Positions 1-10,500 of a DNA stretch of 30,917 bases are shown in pieces. The stretch covers positions 1 through 30,917 of the forward strand of contig CAZPUN010000001.1 of NCBI GenBank assembly GCA_964589775.1. The letters run 5' to 3'. The notes below the pieces were generated by a model, which was not told where the DNA came from, searched no databases, and saw only the letters and a program-made list of their open reading frames with translations. The position numbers and the translations under genes were made by a program. This DNA is from an uncultured archaeon (GTDB lineage: Archaea > Asgardarchaeota > Thorarchaeia > Thorarchaeales > CAZPUN01). Each line of letters begins with the position of its first letter. The stretch's first letter is position 1.

Positions 1-1013
1 GTATATGCGAACCATTTCAGAACTGCCTCACCATTGCTAAAACTCAATAGGTCATTAATCGCATCTTCTACCTCGTTCTCAACAATGTCTAACACGGCCT
101 TGTCTAACTCCGCAATAGCTTGGTTAATCCCAACCCTCTTAACCCATGCCGGCCCGCCTCGATTGTCCAGTTCCATAGCCATCCAGAACATCGTACGTGG
201 AACTCCATTGCTGTTCAACATCAACCAATCCCTCAAATCCTCTTCAACCTTGTCCTTAGGCTTGCCAAATACCCGGTCGTAAAACTCGCCCACATACTCT
301 AAACCCAATGGGTCTAATTTGTACTCAATAGCCTTACCTCGAAGCGGAGAACCAATACTCCCTAGAAAATGCATGATCTTGTAATTCGTTCCAGAAAGCA
401 CAACTAAGACATTAGGAATTTTGATGAGGTCTGAGACTAACTCGATTATATTCCTAAATAGTCCTTGCCCTTTATTGTTTTTGAACTGGTCTGTCATCTT
501 ACCGATGGTCGCCTGAATCTCATCAAAGACTACGATAATGGGTAATCTTAAAGACCTAGGAATAGTAGCGCAAAAATCGTTTAAGGTCATAGGAAATGTA
601 TCATAACTATTAAATATCTCTTGTAGTTCTATGTAGGGACCATATTCCTCTAAATTGTACTTTTTAATCAAGGATTTCGCTGCGTACTCGGAAACCAGAT
701 CAAATGTCCCAGCTAATTCTTCTATGACCGGTGCTAGAGTCACACGACGCAGCATCTTCTGAAACTTCTCAATGCCCTCATTAATCCATCGCTCAATCTC
801 CGGACTGTTTATATATAACCCCACTCCCTTTTTCTCTCGCTCAACCTTCTTGATGAATTCTTGCAAAAATCGGGTTTTTCCGGTTCCCGGGGCTTGCGTG
901 ATGCGTATGGCGCGCTCAACTGCATCGCCCATACGTGATTTTAATTCATCTTCTAAATACTTCATAGCCGCCTCGCGGTCCACAAAAACCTTCTCGATCT
1001 TTGTTCTCGCCAT
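1..1013 (-). CDS. Archaeal AAA/STAND-type P-loop ATPase (ATPase_2/AAA_16-like), runs off the left window edge
   Basis: Not in the ORF track; translated by hand from ATG at 1013: MARTKIEKVFVDREAAMK (FVDRE motif), Walker A-like TQAPGTGKT, Walker B IIVVFDEIQ, VVLSGT and GVPR motifs. SD-like GGTGAG lies upstream. Confidence 0.8.
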   Translation of the reverse strand, partial: MARTKIEKVFVDREAAMKYLEDELKSRMGDAVERAIRITQAPGTGKTRFLQEFIKKVEREKKGVGLYINSPEIERWINEGIEKFQKMLRRVTLAPVIEELAGTFDLVSEYAAKSLIKKYNLEEYGPYIELQEIFNSYDTFPMTLNDFCATIPRSLRLPIIVVFDEIQATIGKMTDQFKNNKGQGLFRNIIELVSDLIKIPNVLVVLSGTNYKIMHFLGSIGSPLRGKAIEYKLDPLGLEYVGEFYDRVFGKPKDKVEEDLRDWLMLNSNGVPRTMFWMAMELDNRGGPAWVKRVGINQAIAELDKAVLDIVENEVEDAINDLLSFSNGEAVLKWFAY

Positions 1014-1049
1014 ACGCTCACTCACCACATCTAATTATAGATTTGGACG

Positions 1050-1057
1050 TATTTAAA
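1050..1057 (-). promoter_or_regulatory. Putative TATA box (TTTAAATA) for the ATPase gene
   Basis: TTTAAATA on the minus strand about 40 nt upstream of ATG 1013, in the short gap after the FEN1-like stop. Confidence 0.35.
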
Positions 1058-1133
1058 CAATTTGAAAAATAAATTTTAGATTTATGCCAGATGATATTCT
1101 ACGTAATTCGAACTAAATTCATGTTAGCGAAAA

Positions 1134-2051
1134 TTAAAAGTCAATACATGTTTGATAGGTTTGCTTTTGAAGTGTTTTATTAAGTCTTGAGATTGCATTT
1201 TCAATCCTTTTTGGTTTCATAATATCCGATAATAAATTTCGCAATTGTGATTCTTTAGGAGACACCTTCAATAATGGGATTTTTCGTCGTTCTGTCCTCT
1301 CGTACCTTTTTCGTGCTTTTAACATTTCTCTGGTGGGACGAATATTCAATTTTACGAGAACTGTCCATAAATCTCCATATTGTTTAAGGAGAGAAATTCC
1401 ATTTTTAGGACCAATACCTTTAATTCCGGAGAAATAGTCATTTCCGCACAATATAGCAAGGTCTCTTAGTTGGTCGAGAGAAATATCGAATTGACTTAGT
1501 ATGGTGTCCAAGTTCAGTAGATGATAGACTTTATTTTGAAGATCGATATGAGTAATCAAGGAAAACACACCATAAGCAAGAAAGTCTCTATCTGAACTGA
1601 ATACATAATTTATCTGACCACTTATTGACAAGCCTGCAAGTAAATTATCGGCTTCTTCAGAAGCTGTGATGAATTGTATTCCGAGTGCGGTTAGCAGTTG
1701 TTTGGTACGGTTTATCATATAGTCAAAATCGATTTGTGGATTCTCCAGAGTTCCAGTTTTACGATATAATTCAGTAAGTTCATCATGGTTGAAGAAATAT
1801 CTTTTATGTATCTGTCCTCTCTTGTGTTCAGGAGTGATTCCGTCATACACAAATATGGGTAGAGCTCCAATTTCCAAGAGGTTCAAAACAAAATAGAGCA
1901 GCCCGGACATAATAGAATATTGAACGGAAAGATTCTTGCGAGCCACGTATCGTTTTATGAGGTAATATGTATCAATACCGATTATAGACCCATTTAGAGA
2001 TTCAAGAGGCACTTCTTTTGGCTTGAAAATGTTCCAGCCCGTTACACCCAA
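1134..2051 (-). CDS. FEN1/XPG-family structure-specific 5' nuclease (divergent FEN1 paralog)
   Basis: N-terminal MGV (TTG start), IGIDT, PIFVYDG, EEAD, SSDRDFLAYG, H3TH motif ILCGNDY..GIKGIGPK, PIP-like C-terminus QTCIDF. Confidence 0.85.
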   Translation of the reverse strand: MGVTGWNIFKPKEVPLESLNGSIIGIDTYYLIKRYVARKNLSVQYSIMSGLLYFVLNLLEIGALPIFVYDGITPEHKRGQIHKRYFFNHDELTELYRKTGTLENPQIDFDYMINRTKQLLTALGIQFITASEEADNLLAGLSISGQINYVFSSDRDFLAYGVFSLITHIDLQNKVYHLLNLDTILSQFDISLDQLRDLAILCGNDYFSGIKGIGPKNGISLLKQYGDLWTVLVKLNIRPTREMLKARKRYERTERRKIPLLKVSPKESQLRNLLSDIMKPKRIENAISRLNKTLQKQTYQTCIDF

Positions 2052-2713
2052 GCTTGCTCAACTCCCAGTAGTTGTGAGAAGTTTATTTGAATTTGTTTAA
2101 TATATTTAGCAAAAAATGATGTGGAGTCTATTGATATTCCCAGTGTGTCTTCCGATTTTTTAAATCCCAAAGCATATTTGACCTGTTGTCTAAGAAGATT
2201 TCCTCCAGCGGGTATGTCCGATACTAAATTTGAAATTATCTGGTTTGTAAGCAGCACTATTGCCTGCTTTATTGCCGCTATGGATTTTAAGCGTCTCAAG
2301 ATTGCCATGATCATTCGATTCCTTTGAGGTAGATTAGGTAATTCCGAGCGAGCAAGTCCAGTTAAAGTATCTACAATAATCAAGATGTTCTGACTTTCAT
2401 AATTTTGGATTTTTTCGAGATAATATAAGAGGGTATCAAGAGTAGGTACGAGAGCATATTTTAGATTTCTAAGATTATCTGCAGGTATCCACCGCTTGAG
2501 CAACTCTATTCGAAATGTTCGTTCTGTATCTAGCCAGAAAATGGTATGCGTTCTGATATTTACTGCGGTAATAAGATGAGCAAAGAGCGTTTTTCCAGTG
2601 CCGGGTCCACCCCAGATTTCTACAAGTCCAGGAACTGAGAAGCCCCCACCTAATATTTCATCTAATTTGCGAATACCTGTTGATATAAGAAACTCACTCG
2701 CTTCTGAAGACAT
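2042..2713 (-). CDS. RadB/Rad51-paralog-like RecA-family ATPase (core domain only)
   Basis: ISTGIRKLDEILGGG, Walker A GGPGTGKT, WLDTERTF, Walker B IIVDT, LTNQ, PAGG; no N-terminal HhH domain. Confidence 0.85.
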   Translation of the reverse strand: MSSEASEFLISTGIRKLDEILGGGFSVPGLVEIWGGPGTGKTLFAHLITAVNIRTHTIFWLDTERTFRIELLKRWIPADNLRNLKYALVPTLDTLLYYLEKIQNYESQNILIIVDTLTGLARSELPNLPQRNRMIMAILRRLKSIAAIKQAIVLLTNQIISNLVSDIPAGGNLLRQQVKYALGFKKSEDTLGISIDSTSFFAKYIKQIQINFSQLLGVEQAWV

Positions 2714-2715
2714 TT

Positions 2716-3930
2716 CTAAACCTCCTGACGAACCCTGAGATCATCATCAATTACCGTAACATCTTTGAAATCACTCTCAGTGCTATTGGTGAAAATTATT
2801 TTACTTATCTCATCTATGCTTAGAATTTTTTCTGGATTAAGCTTATTGAAAAGCATGGATAAAATGGGGTTTTCTCTGCGATGCTCCAAAGTTAGTTTTG
2901 TATTTAAGCCTATTAGCACATATGAACTAACAGCTCGGACAAGAGAACGATAACGGTCAATGACCTCTTTGTGCTTCTTATTTAGAATTGGTGGCGGGTA
3001 ATCGCTTGCAATATAAAGTTCATAAAAATCCCTGAAGCTGAGATCCAAGGATTTAGCAATCAGTCGTGCCATTTTGTCCACATGAGCGATTTCTTTATCC
3101 CGTTGGTTTTCAGAACTATAATTTGAAATTATGAAATCCTCCGGAATAATCTGAGATGTTGTATCAAGAAACGCCCATGGAAAATCGGACACAATAGGTT
3201 TGATCCCTGCTAAGACATCTTCGTCTACTAAGTTTAATGATTTGAATAATATCAGACCAAGTATCAGTAATGGGTCTTTAATCTTCTGTGCAGATATGCC
3301 TATACTTTCACTATATTGTTCAAGTTTAATGCTATCGGTGTCCAAATATTTAGCGGGACCTGATAGAATTGCATACCATTTTCCTTGAGAATACAATATG
3401 ACTAAATTTCCATAAAATTCTAGTTGCATAAGTGTAGGAATTGCCAGCTGACGCCCATTTAGAGCAAACGCACGAATTTCCTGTATTTTTCCATTGTAAG
3501 TTATCATAATTCCATTTTCGGTTTGTCCGTAAATATAAAAATCATTTACTGAAGTGTTCTTAAGATGAACACCATTAATCACAAATGGAACGATCTTATC
3601 TTCTTTTACAAGCCACAATAACAACACTGCAGGAATAGCTATAATAGAGCCGAATCTCATGGCAACTAGAACCGTCAGAAATGCGAGATACAGACCGCCT
3701 ATCCATTTCATACTCGTTATTAATTTTGAAAATTTCGACAAGCTACCGGAAGCAGGTAATACCGTCATCGCAATAGTATAACCTAACAGTAATACCACAT
3801 ATGGGATAATATCCCCGGATATGATAATTAGGGAAATGCTCAACATAAAAGATATGATCTTTAATAATTGTGATGCCAGTAAGATTATTGTAAATACGAG
3901 AATAATTTTTCTTAATTTTATTCCAAACAT
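2716..3930 (-). CDS. Hypothetical membrane protein (3-4 N-terminal TM helices plus soluble domain)
   Basis: 404-aa ORF, hydrophobic first ~110 aa, SD AGGTGA 4 nt before ATG, 2-4 nt gaps to both neighbours. Confidence 0.7.
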   Translation of the reverse strand: MFGIKLRKIILVFTIILLASQLLKIISFMLSISLIIISGDIIPYVVLLLGYTIAMTVLPASGSLSKFSKLITSMKWIGGLYLAFLTVLVAMRFGSIIAIPAVLLLWLVKEDKIVPFVINGVHLKNTSVNDFYIYGQTENGIMITYNGKIQEIRAFALNGRQLAIPTLMQLEFYGNLVILYSQGKWYAILSGPAKYLDTDSIKLEQYSESIGISAQKIKDPLLILGLILFKSLNLVDEDVLAGIKPIVSDFPWAFLDTTSQIIPEDFIISNYSSENQRDKEIAHVDKMARLIAKSLDLSFRDFYELYIASDYPPPILNKKHKEVIDRYRSLVRAVSSYVLIGLNTKLTLEHRRENPILSMLFNKLNPEKILSIDEISKIIFTNSTESDFKDVTVIDDDLRVRQEV

Positions 3931-3934
3931 ATTA

Positions 3935-4594
3935 TCACCTCAATAATTCAAGCATGACGCCAGTTGGCTTCTCTACAATAATCCCCGAGTCTATGCTTGT
4001 AGGTATATTTTCAATATTCTCGCCTTTTCGTGCCTCCAGATACAAATCATCGCCATCTCGCCTATGAATAAGTTCAAGGTTACTGAATCGCGATATGACT
4101 TTCCCTTCCACAGCAATAATTCGCCCATCTATTGTAAATGATTGATTGATTAGCCACACGGAAGTTCCATGAAGTCTCAGCATACCAAGTTTCGGTAGAA
4201 CTTGTTCGTACAATATCGATTTTAGCCTAAATTCCTCTTCAGGGATAGGCGTTCTAAAAGGTGAAGTAATAGTATCTATAACAATAAAATCATATGTTGC
4301 TCCAATGTCAATTGATCTCAGTACATCTTCTGGTTCTACAGCTGTAATGAAATCTAATTTAATACGATTGGCGTTCATGTGACTTGCTACCTGCTTCAAG
4401 CGTCTGATATCGAATTTTAGGTCGGTATCAACCCATAAACATTTACTACCTGCTTGCGCTGAAAGAATTGCTTGCATTGCAAGTGTAGTTTTCCCAGTTT
4501 GTGCGGGCCCATACGAATGTACAATAAGAGGCTCAGACATATCAGAAAGAATATGATCTATTGTAGGCACGCCTGTCCTTATCTCTGTACTCAT
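3935..4594 (-). CDS. Second RadB/Rad51-paralog-like RecA-family ATPase
   Basis: IRTGVPTIDHIL, Walker A GPAQTGKT, WVDTD, Walker B FIVIDT, LINQ. Start moved to ATG 4594 (MSTEIRTG): ATGA overlap with the upstream stop and a GGGAGG SD. Confidence 0.8.
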   Translation of the reverse strand: MSTEIRTGVPTIDHILSDMSEPLIVHSYGPAQTGKTTLAMQAILSAQAGSKCLWVDTDLKFDIRRLKQVASHMNANRIKLDFITAVEPEDVLRSIDIGATYDFIVIDTITSPFRTPIPEEEFRLKSILYEQVLPKLGMLRLHGTSVWLINQSFTIDGRIIAVEGKVISRFSNLELIHRRDGDDLYLEARKGENIENIPTSIDSGIIVEKPTGVMLELLR

Positions 4595-7500
4595 TTGCTG
4601 TCCTCCCTTGACCATGGATATTTTAATAAGTCTCTATTGTAAAAGGCACGCTCTCCCACGAATCCAACCGCAAGAATTATACCAACCATTAAGAAAGATA
4701 TAAAGTCGCCATTTACCGTAATTAATGACTGGGCGGTATTGGACCCACGGACATAAAGTGTATAAGTTTCCTGGACTCCACTAACATATTCGTTTCCGGA
4801 AACCTGTACCAGAATATTATATTCACCGATCTCTTCAGGAATCCACACAAATGTGTATCCATGCATTCCAAAAATTAATCCCTTATTTACAAGTACAGTT
4901 TGTCCTCCACGCATTACCTTTATTGTGACATTGAATACACCATCCACATATCGCTCATTATACAAAAGATGAATCGTAATATTGGTTTCTATACCGACTA
5001 GAATAGCATCTTCTGGCAATTTTACTTCAAGTTCGGGAGAGATCACCGAATATATTTGTGTTCTAAAGGCAGAAGCAAATATCTCAGAATTTCCAGAATA
5101 TTCAAGAATAATTGTATAGTTGCCCCAGCTTGTGATCTCCACATTTAAGATTAGAATTCCGGAGAAATCAGTTGTGGCATTTATCTGGCTATATATTTGT
5201 GAGTTTCTATAAATTAGAACATTTACGTCTGCATTACTAATTGTTGAATTATCTTCACGGTATAGATGATATGTCAATGCAAGATTTTGTCCTTGTGTGG
5301 AGTTTAGAATGGTTTTGCCAGTCCAGTATGAACGATACAATACCAAAATCTCGCTGCTATTATCGATGGCAGGATAGAAGGTACTTCCATCATAGCGGAC
5401 AACCAATTGGTATCGACCGGCAAGAGATGCAAACCAAGTAATGTTAAGGCCGCCTGCAGGTACGGATAGAATCGTAATTGTGGAAAACGCACTGCCATAT
5501 ATTTCTCGTCCTTTAGGATTGTATAACGAGAGAGCAATTGTGAAATCGTTCAATGTACGATTAAGATCATCGTGAAGGAATAAGAATACCGTACAATAAT
5601 CTAATACTTTAATATGCACAAGATTTAGGCGTACATGCACATGGGATAACACTGTCAAATTCAAAGATACATATACTCCACGGATTTTTACAGCACCGGA
5701 ATAATTTAGAGTAAGCACATAATTTCCAACTTCAGTTATTGGAAGCAATATGTATGCTTTACCAAAGTCATCAGTCTGAACTTCGGAATCCACAGAAATA
5801 TTTCCCACTAACCGATAAGTTATGGTCGCATTAGAAATCGGGTTATTATAGTCGTCTACAAGCGTAATTGGAATTGTAGTATTCTCAAGATAAATTGTAG
5901 AATTGACTCCAATGTTTAGATATGCTGAGGAATATACTATGATTGAGAAATTGAGTGAAGACTCTAAATAATGTGTTGTGCCGGGAAATTCTACAGATAC
6001 ACTGTAATTTCCAGAATGCTCAAAAAGGATATATAGTTCTTTATAGCTGCCATTTGAAATTGCAGTTGATATTGACATAATCTGAGTATCATTTAATACC
6101 ATTGAAAACTTGATCATGAATCCTTCTAGTGATGCCCCATTTGTATCTTCCAATCGAATCAATATTGAAACATTATCACCAGCATAAATTTGGTTCTCGG
6201 GCAATTGGACTGAAATATGAGTGCCAAGAACTGCATCAATGCTTTTGTTTTCACTTGTCGGAAGATATAGCAGGTATCCATAGAATCTAATTGAAACCAG
6301 ATATGTCTCTAATTCTGTCAGATTCACTGCTTTAGAAAATGTACCATCAGTTGAAGTTATCATAGTCCATTGGAATATTTTCGTATTATGTTCGTCAAAG
6401 ATTCTTCCCGAAAGCAATAGACCCCCGAGACCATTTCCTGCAGCATCTCGAGCAATCCCTGAAATTAGGAATGTCTCATTTACTGGAACGCGTTCCGGAA
6501 TGTTTAAAGTTATGAATACGCACGAATACACATCAAATGCAAATTCAGACTGGTTTGCATCCCAATAATCTCCCGAATATACTTTTAATTTTACAATATA
6601 TTTTCCGACTGACTGCGGAATAAATGAGAATAGCACGCCCGTTGTATTAGTAGTGAATTTAGACCATGATGTCCAAACGGATCCATATATCTCATTTCCG
6701 GCAGGATCGTATATTCCAATGTATGCAGAAATACTATCAAGCGACTGATTTAGTGCATCATAGAGGAAAACGGTGAAATTGACAGAGTCCAGCAGTAAAG
6801 GCACAGAATCCTGTAGCTTAAGGTCCCATGCAGTTTTCGTCTTCACAACAACGTCTTGAATTGCATCTTCGCCTATGTAAAATTGCCCTGGAGTTATGTA
6901 TGCTCGAACTTTCAACAAGCCAATCATTGTAGGTGTGAAATATATTGCAACGGTTCCATTTACGTATGTGATGTTTGTTTTGTGTTGCAGCGGTAGATAC
7001 GCAGGAGAGAGCAAATCAAAGCTAATGTTTACTCCGGTAATTGTATTTCCATTTTCATCTTTTAGTACACCTTGTATGTAAATATCATTTGTCAAGTACA
7101 CGGGTGAATCCAAAGTTATTGATATAATTGCCTTAATATCCGCCTCTAAATTAACTACGGTCTCAGTAGAAGCATATAGGATTGACCCATTATACATAGC
7201 ATGTATTTCGTAAATTCCTTTCTCATTAAACGTGTATAGAAATGTATCATTTGATGGTAGTATCAGTGAGTAAATCTTTGAATTATTACGATATATCTCT
7301 ACGGTGATGTTTGCATAAATTAATGTTCCATTCGAGTTATCAATCAACACCACCCGGATTTCCTGCAAATGCCCGACTAGAACTGGAGTCGAAAAATGAA
7401 CTTCAATATGGGCATCTCCTTTTACTGCAACTGTCATAAGCGAGGTCGTACTGGAGAAATACTTCTTTCCGGCATAATATAGCTCGACCGTATATAGATC

Positions 7501-10500
7501 TACATATGAAGGTTTCCAACTAAATGAGGTAACCTGCTCCGTAATATAAGTACTTTGAAATACGATAGCCCCTGTAGAATTTAGTATTTTCACCACAACA
7601 TATTCACCAATTAGGGCACCAGTAGTTTCGTTTTCCAAGGTAAATTTAACGATCAGTGTACTACCAAAAGACAGTTCGCTTACTGGATCTATTATTGTTA
7701 TTTGCACAATCTGAGTTATGTCTATTGTATCAATCAACTGGTTGTGTATCGTAAATCTATCATCTAAGGTTATGTTAAGGGTGTATGTTGCAGCGTAATT
7801 AACTCTAATATTAATCAACACAACTCCTGAAGCATTTGTAATACCAAATCCAGATACAATGTATCCGCTATGTTTGAGTGAGACAAGAATATGTCCCAAA
7901 TTGATTGGACCAGATGTTCCTCTTACAGTAGCGTTTATTGTGAATTGATGTCCTGCTGTCAAACTACCAAGAATTTCGTATGAAATTGACACTGATTCGA
8001 AAACGTCTAATTTTCCAAGATATTCTGAAGGAGCATAAGTACTATTTCCTGCATAAGAAATTCGAATCGTATATGCACCACGGTTTTCAGGCATCCATGA
8101 GAACTGTACAACGCCCTCAGAACTGTTTGCGAAAGTTACATGAATAACAGTATCGTTTAAAAGAACTTCAAATTTAATTCTACAGTTATTCAAAGACATA
8201 TTTCCAGCATCATAGATTCTCACGGAGAGTGATAGATTATTTCCTAGCACAAGTGTCTCATTATAATACGCTGCCAAGAAGGTCTGATGGCGAATATAGA
8301 CGAGCCGTGAAGAATTACTGGAATAGTGATATAAATCACCAGTATATGAGACATTTATCTGATAATCGCCAATGTTAGATGGGATCCAAGACAGCGATGC
8401 ATAATTTGTGCTATTTAAGTATAGAGTTTGAAATATTATTTGCGTGCCGTTAGAGTCGAAGATTCTTAAACTAATTGCCTGACCCGATAATGTACTAACA
8501 TCGGTTCCTGTAGCATGTACAAGAATTAACAGCTCAACGTTTGGATAACTAATATCTAAGGAGATTATATCAAGCTTGACATCACTAATCGTTCTAACAT
8601 TCGTGCTATTGTGCGATGAATATAATGTATGGTCTGAGGATCCAGAATATTCAACCGATATTTGAACATCAGTCGCTATGTCTAAATTCCAAATTAAAAT
8701 TGCAAATCCGCTTGCATTCGTTATTCGGAAGTATGTATGATAAGTAGTACCATAAGAAAGTGTAATTTTCAGAGATGCGTTAGCAATACCTGCATTGAAT
8801 TCATCATATAAATGAAAGAGGGTTGTAACATTCTCACCTGCGGATACTGAACCATCAGTTTGAATAGACACATAGCTCAGTTTGTATATTATAGACGTGG
8901 AAGAATTGCTACAACCAAGAACATGACCATTCCCGGCATATTCAAGTATGATCTCAAATTCGCCTGTGCAGTTTGGAGTCCATGTAAAGTTCGCCCAGCC
9001 ATTATTAGTCAATTTAGTATTCGTAAAGATGATTGTAGAACCACTTTTTACAGTCAGTGTGACATTATCATTATCTATTGCAGTACCATTTTCGTATGTC
9101 AGATAACCAGATATGTTCAATGGTTCGTTCACATGCCCAGTTGCATTTACGCTATTACTTAATTCTGTCAGAATAGGTTCAAAAATCGAAATATCAGAAT
9201 TATAGATATAATCCGTACAATCTTGATGCGAAATTGTCAGTTCAAACGTATAGTTACCAACCGATAAATCAAAATTGACCGAGAACTCAAATGGACTATT
9301 CACATGATAATATGTTCGCATGGTGTAATATGTTGAATTATACACTGCAATTTTTACTGTGGTATCATTAATAGGAGCTCCAGTAGTGAGATTAAACTCA
9401 ACATGACCTGTTATTGGATAGTCGTGAGGATATTCGTCAGAATCAAGAGAAACAACACCATCGATAGCTCCAGAAACATAAATATCATGAGTCACAGCAG
9501 CAGGAGTTTGAGAGCCATTAGACCATGCTTTAATCTTAATCATATTATCGCCCAGTGCAGATGAATTTGAAGGAATAGAAATTGTTATGGTACCATTTGG
9601 AGCAAAATCCGTTATTGTTCTATTTCCAAACGAATCAATTTGTAATGTGACTATTGATGGGACGGAATCACCAGAGATCGAATACATATCCAAGTCTAGG
9701 GAAATACTGCTTCCGAGCGATGTTGTACTAGGACCACTAACTGAAAGCCCAAACGCCATTGGCTGCTGCTTTGTGAACCAATCATTAAGGCGAGTATGCA
9801 GACGATAAATCATTTCAGTATATTGTGGAGTAAGTGTATTATTTTGATAATATAATCCACGATTATTGGTCTGAGACTCTATTAATGTTCTAACTATAGT
9901 GAAATTGACGTAATCGCTTAGAATAATGAATCCAGCATCTTGGAGCAAGCCTAGAGTCTCCACTGCATAATATGTCGAGCCAAGATCACTCCAATTAACC
10001 TTTGAAAGCACATAATTACGAATAGTATCCGCAAGTGTTTTGTTTAATAAATTTAGGTCACGATAAGCGAGAGTGCCAAAGTATGTCGGAGCTAGTTCGA
10101 ACATAGAATACGGATAGGTAAATTCCGTATCAAATTTAGCAGCATTAAAATTATTGAGCAAATAAGCTTCTAGCAATTGCCTATTTGCTATTTCATTTAA
10201 TTTACCCATGCTCCAGAGCAGGTCTGTAGCTGCCACAGTATATTGGAATCCGGTTATACTGCCAGTATCTCGGGATTGTCGAAATGCCCCTGCATTTTCT
10301 CCGTCCAAAATTTGCATGGATGTAATGGTTTCTACAAACTGATCTTGTTCAGCCTCAGACATGACTTTTTGGAATCCACCATATGCAATCACTGAATGTA
10401 CAGCAAACCATTCGACCCATATAGAGTCGAGGTCCAGATTTGTACTATAATATTCAATTGGATTTGGCAAGTAAGAATCAGGAACATGAACCACAAAGTA

